Numbered from the stretch's first letter, positions 1 to 12,290 are shown. The stretch: DNA of 64,000 nucleotides from Octopus sinensis (GCF_006345805.1 NC_043014.1:32922001-32986000), one strand, 5' to 3'. Numbers and translations: made by a program. The notes: generated from the sequence alone by a model not told the origin.

Positions 1-100
1 ATTAAGTACCAGTTATGCACTGGGGTCGATGTAATCTGTCCTTGTTTGTCCTTGTTTGTCCCCTCTATGTTTAGCCCCTTGTGGGCAATAAAGAAATAAG
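1..100 (+). mobile_element. 3' part of Meta-domain-like SINE (family M)
   Basis: attaagtaccagtt..ctggggtcgatgtaatc..gtccttgtttgtcccctctatgtttagcccc matches the 3' half of copies at 2364 and 18458. Confidence 0.75.
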
Positions 101-240
101 AGAGACAGAAAGGCTTAAAAAAGTAAGTACTGCACTCAATTTATTTGACTAAATATTCTTCAAGGTGGTGTCCAGAATGGCCACAGTCTAATAAGTGAAA
201 CAAGTAAAAGATAAAAGATAAAAGTGATACATACACATAT

Positions 241-406
241 AGGCGTAGGAGTAGCTGTGTGGTAAGTAGCTTGCTTACGAACCACATGGTTCCGGGTTCA
301 GTCCCACTGCATGGCACCTTGGGTAAGTGTCTTCTACTATAGCCTCGGGCCAACCAAAGCCTTGTGAGTGGATTTGGTAGACGGAAACTGGAAGAAGCCC
401 GTCATA

Positions 407-460
<54 letters not shown>

Positions 461-664
461 CGTGTTTGTGTGTCTGTGTTTGTCCCCCTAACATCGCTGG
501 TGTGTTTACGTCCCCGTAACTTAGCGGTTCGGCAAAAAAAAAAGAGACCGATAAAATAAGTACTAGACTTACAAAGAATAAGTCCTGGGGTCGATTTGAT
601 TGACTAAATGCGGTGCTCCAGCATGGCCACAGTCACATGACTGAAACAAGTAAAAGAGTAAAAG
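241..664 (+). mobile_element. tRNA-derived SINE family A with internal (TA)n/(TG)n microsatellite
   Basis: tRNA-like head (gtagctgtgtggtaag..ggttcagtccc), CORE-like ccttgggtaagtgtcttc, internal microsatellite, (gtaaaaga) tail; about 19 copies in the window. Confidence 0.85.
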
Positions 665-1086
665 TGTATATTCATGTGTTTGTACATTCATTTAGTCATA
701 TATACATACACACACATTGAGACACACACACACTCACACACATGAGTGTGTGTGTGTGTATTTAGGCAGACATAGCTGTGAGGTTACGAAGTTCACTTTG
801 CATTTACATAGTTTTGGTTTCATTCCCACTGCTCAGAGCATTAAACAAATATGTTTGGGGGAAGGGGGGCACCAAGTCTTGGGAATGAAATTTGGTAGAC
901 AGAAACTGTACAGAAGCCTGTTGTATACAAATGTTTATGTGTGTCTGTGAAGGAAAAAGGACAGAATGAGATGAGAAAGATGAGAGAAAGAGAATGATAG
1001 AATGAAGGACCAAACATTATGTTGAAAGAGTTTTATTATAGGATCAGTTCACCCTTTAGCATTAAACCTGACCATTAAACCTGACT

Positions 1087-1259
1087 AGGTGTAGGAGTGG
1101 CTGACTAGGCATGGTAAGTAGCTTGCTTACCAACCACATGGTTCTGGGCTCAGTCCCACAGCGTGGCACCTTGGGCAAGTGTCTTCTACTATAACCTTGT
1201 GCCGACCAAAGCCTTGTGAGTGGATTTGGTAGACGGAAACTGAAAAGAAGCCTGTTGTA

Positions 1260-1302
<43 letters not shown>

Positions 1303-1520
1303 ATAAGTTTGTGTGTCTGTGTTTGTCCCCCCAACATCGCTTGACAACCGATGCTGGTGTGTTTACATCCCCGTAACTTAGCAGTTCAGCAAAAGAGACC
1401 AATAGAATAAGTACTAGGCTTACAAAGAATAAGTCCTGGGATCGATTTGCTCAACTAAAAGCAGTGCTCCAGCATGGCCACAGTCAAATGACTGAAACAA
1501 GTAAAAGAGTAAAGAGAGTA
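1087..1520 (+). mobile_element. SINE family A
   Basis: Full head, microsatellite and tail; nested in P1 MITE. Confidence 0.85.
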
Positions 1521-1697
1521 ATATCCAGCCAAAATATTCTACCGGTTTTATGTTCACATTGGCCAGATCTGGCCTCTCACACCTACCGTACACTGTCATT
1601 CTAAAAATATACAATGACATCATCGAAATCTGGAAGCTACAAGATAATGCATTAGTTCAAAACAGTATGAATATATAAGCATTACATTTGACAGAGT

Positions 1698-2005
1698 GGA
1701 GGCACATGGCCTTGTGGTTAGAGCATCAGACTCACGGTTGAGGGATCGGGGGTTCGAATCTCAGACCCGGCGTTGTGTGTGTTTATGAGCGAAGCACATA
1801 AGTTCCACGTGGCTCAAGCAGAAGGTAATGGTGAACTTCTGCTGACTCTTTCATCACAACTTTCTCTCACTCTTTCCTCCTGCATCTTGCAGCTCACCTG
1901 CGATGGACTAGCGTCCAGTCCAGGTAGGGAACCTATATGCCAAGGAAACCGGGAAACCGGCCCTTATGCAGCAGGCATGGCTCGAGAAGGAACAAACAAA
2001 ACAAA
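1698..2005 (+). mobile_element. tRNA-derived SINE with V-domain-like segment (family V)
   Basis: tRNA head (tggccttgtggttagagc..ggttcgaatc), cctgcgatggactagcgtccagtccagg; 14-bp TSD acatttgacagagt at 1684-1697 and 2006-2019; second copy at 25883. Confidence 0.85.
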
Positions 2006-2235
2006 ACATTTGACAGAGTAATTTGAATGCTAAAGGGTTAAATTTGTTCAAAAATTTCTGACTAATCAAATTATTCCATTCCTTAACCACCAGGTAGTGT
2101 AGAACTGGTAACTGACATATAACATGCTTATTTTTAAAACAAAACATTTTGCTTTTGTACAATTTAAAAAATTTTAATTTCAAACTTTGAAATTGTTTTA
2201 AACATAAAAAGGGTAATTTGTCTTGCCTATGTAGA

Positions 2236-3160
2236 TACAAACATGGCTGTGTGATTAAAAAGCTTGATTTGCAACCATGTGGTTTTGGCTTCAGTTCCAT
2301 AGTGTGGCATTTTGAGCAAACATCTTCCACTGTAGCTTCGGTTCAACCAATATTTTGTGAGTTAAAGGTGTCGAGCTAGCAGAAACGTTAGCATGCCAGG
2401 CAAACTTCTTAGCGGTATTTCGTCTGCCGTTACATTCTGAGTTCAAATTCTGCCGAGGTCGACTTTGCCTTTCATCTTTTCAGGGTCGATAAATTAAGTA
2501 CCAGTCGCACACTGGGGTCGATGTAATCAACTTAATCCATTTGTCTGTCCTTGTTTGTCCCCTCTATGTTTAGCTCCTTGTGGGCAATAAAGAAATAAGA
2601 AACGTTAGCATGCCAGGCGAAATGCTTAGCAATATTTTGTCTATCTTTACATTCTGAGTTCAAATTCTGCCAAGGTCAACTTTGCCTTTCATCCTTTCAG
2701 GGTCGATAAATTAAGTACTACTTGCATACTGGGATTGATCTAATCAACTGGCCCCCTCCCCAAAAATTTCAGGCCTTATGCCTCGAGTAGAAAAGAATAT
2801 TTTGTGAGTTGATTCGGCAGATGGAAACTATGTAGAAGTTTGTTGTCTCTGTGCATGTTATTGTATGAGTGTATGTGTATTTGTGTGTGTTTGTGTGTAT
2901 GTGGGTGTCAGTATGTATATGTGTGAATCTGTATGGATGTGTACCTTTGTGTCTGCGCTTGTTCCTCCACCACCAAATGACAACCGGGGTTTGTTTATCC
3001 ATGTCCCTGTAACTCAGGGAAAAATTCATCACAAAGGACTGACAGAATAAGTAGTTGATTTAGAAAAAATAAGTACTGGGGTTGATTTGTTCAACAGAAA
3101 CCCTTCGCGGTGGTGCCCCAGCATGACTGCAGTATAGTGGCTAAAACATGTGAAAAATGA
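2236..3160 (+). mobile_element. Older SINE family A copy interrupted by Meta-like SINE dimer
   Basis: Head at ~2240; homology resumes at 2796; tail at ~3040-3160. Confidence 0.75.
2364..2795 (+). mobile_element. Tandem pair of Meta-domain-like SINEs (family M)
   Basis: Two copies of gccgaggtcgactttgcctttcatc..ggtcgataaattaagtac; 15-bp TSD aatattttgtgagtt at 2349-2363 and 2796-2810. Confidence 0.85.
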
Positions 3161-3167
3161 TTTTGAA

Positions 3168-3327
3168 TTGGTGTGGCTGTGTGGTAAGAAGTTTTCTTCC
3201 CAACCACATGGTTCCAGATTCAGTCCCTCTGTGTAGCACCTTGGAAAAGTGTCTTCTATAATCTCGGGCTGACCAAAGCCTTGTGAGTGGATTTGGTAGA
3301 CAGAAACTGAAAGAAACTCACCATATA

Positions 3328-3358
<31 letters not shown>

Positions 3359-3640
3359 TGTGTGAGTGAGTGTGTGTGTGTGTGTGAATGTATGTATGTA
3401 TATACATGTGTGTGTGTGTTTATGTGTGTCTTTCTATTTGTGTTTGTCACCCACCACTGCTGGAGAACCAGTGTTTGTGCGTTTACATCCCTGTAACTTA
3501 ATGCTTTAACAAAAGACACCAATAGAATAAGTATCAGGCTTTTAAAAAAAATAAGTCAATTCATTCAGCCAAACTTCTTCAAGGTAATGCCCCAGCATGG
3601 CCACAGTTAAATAACTGAATCAAGTAAAAGATTAAAAGAT
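3168..3640 (+). mobile_element. SINE family A
   Basis: Head, (TG)n core and tail homologous to 241-664. Confidence 0.8.
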
Positions 3641-4151
3641 AATTATCATTGTAATTTAATGAATTACTAGCAGAGAGAGGGTCCTATTAATTTAACGTCA
3701 AAGAATTCCCATAATCAATTTTACAACCCAATTCTATAGAGATCGTCATCACAATAAATTATAGTTATGCACTTTAATTAAAATATTGGAAACTAAGTAT
3801 ACTTCAATCAAACCATGGAGTTTATGAATTAATATTCCTTTTAGAATAGACTAAAATATCAGCATATCAATTTTGGGGAGAATTGGGTTGAATTTATTCA
3901 GATTAATGAAATGTGCTTACCATAATGGATTAAACTAGAAGGCTTTCAAGTTAGAGATAAATGACCATTCTTAAATGCATTAATACAGAAGATTTGATAA
4001 AATTTAGAATAATTGAAATGATTATAAAGTAAGAAATAAATTTAAAGATATTTGGTGTAAAAGATTCTTTTCTGAAACCTTAGTTTCTACATTTAGAATC
4101 AAGAAATAAATACATATAAATCTATGCACACATTAATATATATATATATAT

Positions 4152-4597
4152 CATCATCATCATCATCATTTAACGTCTGCTTTCCATGCTAGCATGGGTT
4201 GGACGATTTGACTGAGGACTGGCAAACCAGATGGCTGCACCATTCTCGAATCTGATCTGGATGCCCTTCCTAACACCAACCTCTCCAAGAGCGTTGTGGG
4301 TGTTTTTACGTGCCACTGGCACGAGGGCCAGTCAGGTGGTACTGGCAACGGTCACGCTCAAACGGTGTTTTTTACGTGCCACCTGCACAGGAGCCAGTCC
4401 AACGGCACTGGCAATGACCTCGCTCGAATGTTTTTTCACGTGCCACCGGCACAAGTGCCAGTAAGGAGATGCGGGTAATGATCATGCTCAAATGGTGCTT
4501 TTTACGTGCCACTGGCACAGAAGCCAGTCAGCTGCTCTGGCAACGATCACACTCAGATGGTGCTCTTAGCGCTCCACTAGCACAGATGCTAGTCATT
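4152..4597 (-). mobile_element. 5'-truncated RTE LINE 3' end with ~60-bp minisatellite
   Basis: (cat)n tail on the left; homologous to the 58200-58560 3'UTR of the RTE element. Confidence 0.8.
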
Positions 4598-4611
4598 GAA
4601 TTTGATTTATG

Positions 4612-4995
4612 TATGTACAGTTTATATTTACCTAATTTTTAACATCATCTCCTTCAAAATAGTCAACTTGCACAGCAATACACTAGTCCCTGCACTGCTG
4701 CCACTTTTGGAATCCAGCTTGGAAGTGATTTTCCATAAGCAAGTTGGGGACCTTCTGCAATTCACTCTGGCTCTTGGCAATAGTGTTAAAACAATGAATT
4801 TGAGCTGCATTTTAAGAAACTCATGAATAAGGAGGGCTGAGTGACAGGGTGCATTGTCATCTTGAGGAATCCAATTCTTCGTGTGCCACAGATCCTGTTG
4901 CTTTTGCTAAATGTTTTCTCTCTCAAATGCTTCAAACTATTGTTGACTGTCTTCTGGCAATCTTCATGTACAAGCTGATGAATTTTCTTCATATT
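4612..4995 (-). mobile_element. Mariner transposase C-terminal relic
   Basis: Minus strand reads FQKWQQCRD*CIAVQVDYFEGD (mariner C-terminal YFEG) and a DDNAPCHSA-like catalytic motif. Confidence 0.65.
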
Positions 4996-5004
4996 TCCAG
5001 GAGT

Positions 5005-5190
5005 TTGGTGCTGGTACCACATTAAAAAAAGCACCCAGTACACTCTGTAATGTAGATGGTATTAAGAAAAGCATCCAGCTGTAGAAACCACGCAAAAAGA
5101 GACGACTGGAGCCTGGTACAGCTCTCTGGTTTGCCAGCACCTATCAAAGCACCCACCATATGCCAGCATGGAAAACGCACATGATGATGA

Positions 5191-5208
<18 letters not shown>
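5005..5208 (+). mobile_element. RTE-type 3' end with (gat)n tail
   Basis: aaaagcatccagctgtagaaacc..gcatggaaaacg..(gat)n. Confidence 0.7.
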
Positions 5209-5224
<16 letters not shown>

Positions 5225-5390
5225 GGTGGTGGTGGTGGTGGTGGTGGTGGTGGTGGTGGTGGTGGTGGTGGTGGTGGTGGTGGTGGTGGGGTGGTGGTGG
5301 TGGTTGTGGTGGTGGTGATGATTATGATGATGATGATGATGATTATGATGATGATGATTATGGTGATGATGATGGTGATGATGATATTAT
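5181..5390. repeat. Compound (GAT)n/(GGT)n trinucleotide microsatellite
   Basis: Seen directly; long pure GGT run. Confidence 0.95.
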
Positions 5391-6261
5391 GTCTGTATGC
5401 ATTGTACATTATGCTGTAAATTCAGTAAATTCGTATAACTAACATAATATGTCTTATCTGTTTTAACCTTGTCCTCCTATTAACCATTCATTCTGCTAGA
5501 TCTTACTACACTAAATTATTAAACAAAAATAATTAAATAACAAGTCAGAAATCAATATTTCGAATTCACAAAAGCTAGAATTGAACTATTTGTAAAAGAT
5601 TTCTGTAGATTTCTGACTAAAGAGTCTGGGAGAACAGTGGTTTTGTTCTCAACATATTCAATGGGATTACAGTGTGGAGTGAACATGTAAAAGTTAAAGA
5701 GAGAAGGAGAGGGTGAGATGGAGAGACAGAGAGCGAGAGAGAAAGAGAGAGTTGATAACATAAGAGACAAAAGGAGAAAGAAGATTGATAGAGAGAAAAA
5801 TACAAATTCATTGAGAGACAAAGAGAGATAGAAGGAAATAAAGACAAGTATAGTATGAGATTATAAAGAGATAGAAAGAGAAAGAGAAAGAGAAGGAGAT
5901 AAAAACATTAGGAGCCAGAGAGAAATAAGGTGAATGACAAAAGGAGAAAGAACTAGGGAGACAAATACATTGAAAAACAAAGAGAGAGATAATGGAAAAA
6001 AAAAGGAAGAAAGATAGTTAAAAGAGGAGAGAAAATTATAAAGAGAAAGAGGGTTATATGTTTTTAGCATATTTCATTAACAGTTTAAGTTATCTATATG
6101 TATTTTGAAGGTGTATGTATGGCAATGGCTTAACTGACCGAAATTTCAAACTCACTGTCAACAGCATTTGTGTTCAAAAATGATAAATTTGTTCTCTAGA
6201 AATGTATAGAGTAACCCATCAGATTAATGTAAAATTGTTTATACTATAACTGAGCATAAAA

Positions 6262-6460
6262 ACGTGTACCATTGGGGATTTTTTTCCTCCGTCTTCCCTT
6301 CTTTGGATCTTTCCATTTCCTATGTTTCTGACGAAGAGCTCCACTCGAAACTTTAAATCCTCCGTCTTTCTTCCCTTTCCTAATAGTCCAATAACACTAT
6401 ACTTGTTCCACGTCCTCGCATTGATGTGCTTTCTCTTTGTGCTTTCATGTTTGGATTAAC
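6262..6460 (+). mobile_element. Short PLE-like terminal repeat fragment next to (TA)n
   Basis: Pyrimidine-rich; contains CTGACGA..GAAA motif; architecture like 15230-15430. Confidence 0.5.
6324..6358 (+). ncRNA. Minimal type I hammerhead ribozyme-like motif (degenerate)
   Basis: gttt-CTGACGA-a-gagc tcc actc-GAAA-ctttaaa. Confidence 0.5.
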
Positions 6461-6528
6461 TATATATATACAGCTAATAAAAAATGTGTCAGAAAGAAGC
6501 ACACTCTAAAAATATAGAGTAGTAATTA

Positions 6529-6675
6529 TTACAACAAAATTATATATAGAGTTACCCAAGGTTTCGCACCCACAAAGCTAAAGCCCTGTGGACTGCTTGT
6601 CAGACTCTATATGAATGCAAAATTTTTAGCTTTGTGGATGCAAAACCTTGGGTAACTCTATATAAAATTTTGTTG

Positions 6676-6678
<3 letters not shown>
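6529..6678. mobile_element. 150-bp MITE-like inverted repeat with TA flanks
   Basis: ~54-bp arms (ttacaacaaaattatatatagagttacccaagg.. / ..ccttgggtaactctatataaaattttgttgtaa) with about 3 mismatches. Confidence 0.75.
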
Positions 6679-6716
<38 letters not shown>

Positions 6717-6719
<3 letters not shown>

Positions 6720-7601
6720 GGTACAATGGGTAAACTGGTGCCATTTTATATTTTTAATTGTATGCATGCACATGTTTTGTTTTAGATTTTGTTGACTACA
6801 CAATATAGTAGGGTTAGTTGGGCACCATCTGTGAGGAAAACAGCACCATGACACAATTCACTCTGCCAGAAATTTGGAAATGACATGCTGCACCGCTTGG
6901 CATTCACACCGAAAGCTCCAATACAAACATTTCAGGGTGTTTGGGTATCAGTCTGAGAACAGTGCAATCTGAGGACATATACTGAGAGTGATAAAAAATC
7001 AAACATCCAGTCAACATCATGGTGTTTGGAGTGATCACTAATGATGGTGACATTATGCCTCCAGTCATCTTCTCACACGGCCTCAAACTCAACTCAGAGA
7101 CCTACATCAAGTGCCTGGAGAAGGTAGTGCTGTCCTGGGTCAAGAAGGTGGCTGCTGGAAGACCCTATCTCTAGCAACAGGACTCTGCACTATAACACAC
7201 AAGCAGCAGAACTGTCATGGCTGTCAGACAATTTCTGAAACCTCATCACCTCAAACATCTAGCCACCTAACTCCCCAGACTGCAAACCCCTTGATTATTA
7301 TGTGTGGGGCACAGTGAGTGAGAGACCAACAAAACTCATTGTAACATCAAAGATGAACTGAAGGTATGGATTATGGCAGCATTCACCAACTTAACCAAGG
7401 AAACCGTCCAGATGAGTTGCAAGAGATTCTGAAGTCATCTGGAGACTGTGGTTGAAGCCAATGGCGATTTTATTGAATAAATTTACTCTTTAGTATTTCA
7501 AGATACTTTTATGTAATTTTGGTAAATATATCTATTAAAATGAGATGTCAGTGTTATTTTCATTTTTGCATAATTTAGATGACAGTCTATTCGTCACATT
7601 C

Positions 7602-7603
<2 letters not shown>
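6717..7603 (+). mobile_element. Internally deleted Tc1/mariner (maT/DD37D-like) transposon
   Basis: TA-CAG..CTG-TA ends; decayed frame KHPVNIMVFGVITNDGDIMPP..QQDSA..PPNSPDC.PLDYYVWG. Confidence 0.8.
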
Positions 7604-7638
<35 letters not shown>

Positions 7639-7979
7639 ATGCGTGTGTGTGTGTGTCAGTGTGTGTGTGTCAGTGTGTGTGTATGTGTGTTTGTGCGTGT
7701 GTATGTGTGTGTGTGCATATCATCTCCACCGATCCCATGCCTTTCCTCTACCAAAACTACAAAGCAGTAAGAATAAGTAATATATGTATACACAAACATA
7801 TATGCATACATTTACATACATACACTTCTGTCTATCTATCTATCTACCTATTTAACTAATGTACAGTACATACATTTGTTCACAATAAACAAATCAATTG
7901 TGCAGGTTGTTTAGCAAGAAATTGCTATCAAAATATAAAAGGGCGAGTAGAGAAGAAAAAGAAAAAAAATTTAATATGG

Positions 7980-8470
7980 CAACTTTTCAGTGGATGCATG
8001 AGTCTTAAATGAATAATTACATTGGGAGAAAGAGTTGGAGCTACAAAACATACCATGTTCATAAGGATTTTTAACTACTTGGTGTTAATCAATAGTTTTC
8101 CTATGTCTATGCAGACATGAATGGCCTTCTCCTCAATACATACAACTGGCATCAAATGTCCTTGTCCACCAAAGTTCTGTTAGTTCACTCCAAAACTTGA
8201 AATTATTTTCCTTTTCCAGGATCATCATTGATAACGCTTTGAACCCATTGGATGAATAATGGTGTCCTTATAGAGTCCAAGCATTTCGGATGGCTTTCTC
8301 GTTGGAGCATTTGGAACATTCCTGCCAGAAGCTTTCCAAATCCATCCAAACTTTGCATGCAAAAGATCTTGCAACATTCAAAAAGTTGGCAATTTCTAAA
8401 TCAAGAGTATATACTAAAAATGATTGTGTGTCTTTTTATTTCTTGTGTTATTTTATCTGGTACATGAGAT
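7980..8470 (-). mobile_element. Decayed Tc1/maT-like transposase N-terminal (HTH) fragment
   Basis: Minus strand IANFLNVARSFACKV..IRT..VQSVINDDPGK..YVLRRRPFMS across frameshifts. Confidence 0.5.
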
Positions 8471-8699
8471 CTGAAAAAAATTTTTAATTTCTTATTAGTT
8501 TGAATGGACTAATATACCAATAATTAAATGTCCGTAAATACCCCTTGCGTGTTGTATATATGCGTGCATGTATACACACACCCACCTACAACAACAACAA
8601 CACACACACACACATACACAAATATATACATTTATGCTTGTTATCACCATCAATGAAGGAAACAAGTAAAATAAGTAGTAGGAATTTTCCAAAAACATC

Positions 8700-8890
8700 A
8701 TGCATTCTTCATGCAAAATTTAAGGGAATGTAGTGTTTGGTGGGAAGCTAGGTTTGCAATACCTGTGGAGGTGTATGTCTTCAAGAGGCTGGGCTCATTA
8801 GTCACCAGCAGAGCCACAAGTGAAAAGTATAAATTTGTCAGAGTCAGTGGTCTTAACATGGTCTGTGATGTCCCCCATGGTCACAAGTGG
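8700..8890 (+). mobile_element. Probable RTE ORF2 C-terminus with terminal C2H2 finger
   Basis: 8755-8823 encodes CNTCGGVCLQEAGLISHQQSHK* (C-x2-C-x12-H-x3-H then stop). Confidence 0.5.
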
Positions 8891-8894
8891 AAAA

Positions 8895-8990
8895 TATATG
8901 TGTGTGTGTGTGTGTTTGTATGTATAATTTTATATGTATGTGAATATTATATATATATATATATATTTATTCCAGTATGTACATACATAT

Positions 8991-9028
<38 letters not shown>

Positions 9029-9047
9029 TCTATATATATATACTATC

Positions 9048-9079
<32 letters not shown>

Positions 9080-9409
9080 GGTATGTATGTCGTATGTATG
9101 TATGATGTATGTATGTAGTATGTATGTATGTATGTATGTATGTATTTATGTATGTCTGTATGTATGTATGTATGTATACATATATATGATTATACTTATT
9201 TATAAAAATATACACACATACATGTACACACATGTGTGTGTGTGTATATATATATATATCTGTGTGTGTGCGTGTGTATTCATGAAGTGCTTACATATAT
9301 CTGCATACACAAACACTCATAAATTTATCCATGTGTATGTTAACACACATAAATATAACACAAATATATAAATGCATGAAAATATAATGATCACAAACAT
9401 ATCCCTCTC

Positions 9410-9460
<51 letters not shown>

Positions 9461-10434
9461 CTATCTCTATCTCTCCTTCTCTTCTTCTCTCTCCCACTCT
9501 CTCTCACACTCACACTCTGTGTCTGTATTTGCACATGTATCTGTGTGTAAGCATGTGTGTGTGTATGTATGTGTGTGCATGCATGCATGTATGCACATGT
9601 AGACATTAGTAGTTATACAGTTGTGAGTGGTTCTGCGTGAATAGGATTAACTGTAGGCACAGACATTTATATGTCTATAAGTATATGTGTAGTTACGTAT
9701 GCAGGTGCATACACACACACATATCATGTGTGTGTGCGTGTGTTAATTTATATATGTATATATATACATGTTAATGCATATAGGTAAATACGCAAAATGC
9801 GTTTATCAGAAACTAAAAGTAATTACCTATTAATAAACATGAGGATCTGCTTCTTCATAAACTTCTACTGTCGTGTGCATATTCATAAACACATACATCC
9901 ACACACACACACAGATATATATATATGTGTGTGTACATGTTTCTGTACGTGTCTTCCAATTAGTTGTGTATGTAAGAACATATATGTGACTACCGACATA
10001 TATGTATGTATGTATGCATGTACGTATGTATGTATGTATGCATGTATGTATGTGTGTATGTATGTACGTATGTATGTATGTATGTATGTATGTATGTATG
10101 TATGTATGTATGCATGTACGTATATATGTATGTATGCATGTATGTATGTATGTATATATGTATGTATGTATGTATCTATCTATCTATCTATCTATCTTTC
10201 TCTTTCTCTTTCCCTTTATCTCTATAAAGTACATATGAACATACAAACATATACATACATATATACATACACATGCACACACACACACATACACATATAT
10301 ATACACACACACACATAAATGCATATATATATTATAAAGGCATATATGTATTGGTGTGTGAATATGTGTGTGTGTATGTATATACATGCATACATATATA
10401 TATAAACATATATACATATATATATGTGCACATG

Positions 10435-10473
<39 letters not shown>

Positions 10474-10894
10474 TATATATCATAATATATATATATATAT
10501 AATATATATATATCTATATATTATATATATATATATACACACACTTGTGTGAGCACATGTTCGTTTTCATGCACACATGCATGCATTCATTTATACATAC
10601 ACATGCAAACCCTGTCCCTTGCAATGATAAGATCTATTGGCTGTCAGCAAGATAACATCTGTAGTAATTCTAGATTTGGAAGGGAGTGGAGGTGACTCAC
10701 ATTACACACTCACATTCACAGAAATATATACATATTCATATACATATATATATTTACATACTCTCACACACATACCAGCTTCCATATTTTCGCAAGTATA
10801 TATGCATATACATTAATATTACACATCATACACATACTCCAACTCCCACACTCAATAATATAAATATGTGCATATATATATGTGTGTGTGTGTG

Positions 10895-10988
<94 letters not shown>

Positions 10989-11454
10989 GTACTCATGGAC
11001 AAACACACTCATACACACATAAGCATACACACAAGCACATGCACACACAAACAGATATATGTATGTATATATTTTCACTTACATGCCTACTAAAAATACT
11101 CTATCACATGCATGTACACTCACACATACACACAAACATACATACATACACTCTCCTACACACATGCTTACACATACACTTTTGCATACATACACTCATA
11201 CAGGCCTGCCTAAACAAACATGCAGAGACACATGACACATACATATGCATATCTGTGATTATATCTGAACACACATATGTTATATGATATATGTATATAC
11301 ACATACATTAATATAATTCCAAATGTAAAAACATAGTATGGCTATGAACAAGCATATATGCAGAAATCATTAAAATAATGCTCAACTAAGGGATATATAA
11401 AGTACATAGGTCTATATAGCCATACTGTAAAAATACAACTCTGTGTGTGTGTGG

Positions 11455-11507
<53 letters not shown>

Positions 11508-11561
11508 AATTATATATATATACATATATATATATTATAATATTATATATAATATATTAGA

Positions 11562-11603
<42 letters not shown>

Positions 11604-11620
11604 TATGTATATGTATATAT
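8895..11620. repeat. Extended compound microsatellite field: (TA)n, (TATG)n, (CA)n, (TATC)n
   Basis: Seen directly. Confidence 0.9.
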
Positions 11621-11749
11621 GTTGGTTTGTTGGTTTTTTGTTTATCAGTTTTAAGCTCTTGAGCTGTGGCCATGCGGGCACCCCTTATGGTGATATAGAG
11701 ACAGGCAGGGATATCACCCACCCCCGCCGGAGTACTCGTAGACAAGCTT

Positions 11750-11848
11750 TTAGGTGTTTTCGCTCAATAAACACACACCAACGCCGTCTGAGAATCGAAA
11801 ACGCGATCCTGCGACCGCGAGTCCGCTGCCTAAACCAATGGGCCATTA
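11750..11848 (-). mobile_element. tRNA head fragment of family V SINE
   Basis: Reverse complement atggcccattggtttaggcagcggactcgcggtcgcaggatcgcgttttcgattctcagac matches the 1698 head; CpGs retained. Confidence 0.65.
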
Positions 11849-12035
11849 TAAATATACATATATATATATATATACATACATATCTATATAAACATATATA
11901 ACATATATATATACATATATATACATATATATATATATAAACATATATATATTACATATATACACACACACATATATATATAATATATAAACACAATATA
12001 TATATACATAATACATTATATACACATATATATAT

Positions 12036-12255
12036 TCTTTTATTCTTTTACTTGTTTCAGCCATTTGACTGTGGCTATGCTGGACCACCGCCTTTAGTCA
12101 AAGAAATTGACCCCAGGACTTAAGCCTGATAGTTATTTTATTGGTCTCTTTTGCTAAACCACTAAGTTAGAGGGATGCAAACACACCAATATTGGTTATC
12201 AAACGATGGTGGGTGGACAAACACAGACACACAAACATATATATACATACATACG

Positions 12256-12290
<35 letters not shown>

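Larger units (their letters stand above)
1051..2041. mobile_element. piggyBac-like TTAA MITE (family P1) interrupted by two SINEs
   Basis: Termini ccctttagcatt / aatgctaaagggTTAA; body matches copies at 18922 and 44220. Confidence 0.7.

Noticed and set aside
1698-1770. tRNA gene-like sequences here and at 25883, 43870-43940, 44010, 56543
   Set aside because: A/B boxes run directly into SINE bodies and no complete cloverleaf is evident; these are SINE heads
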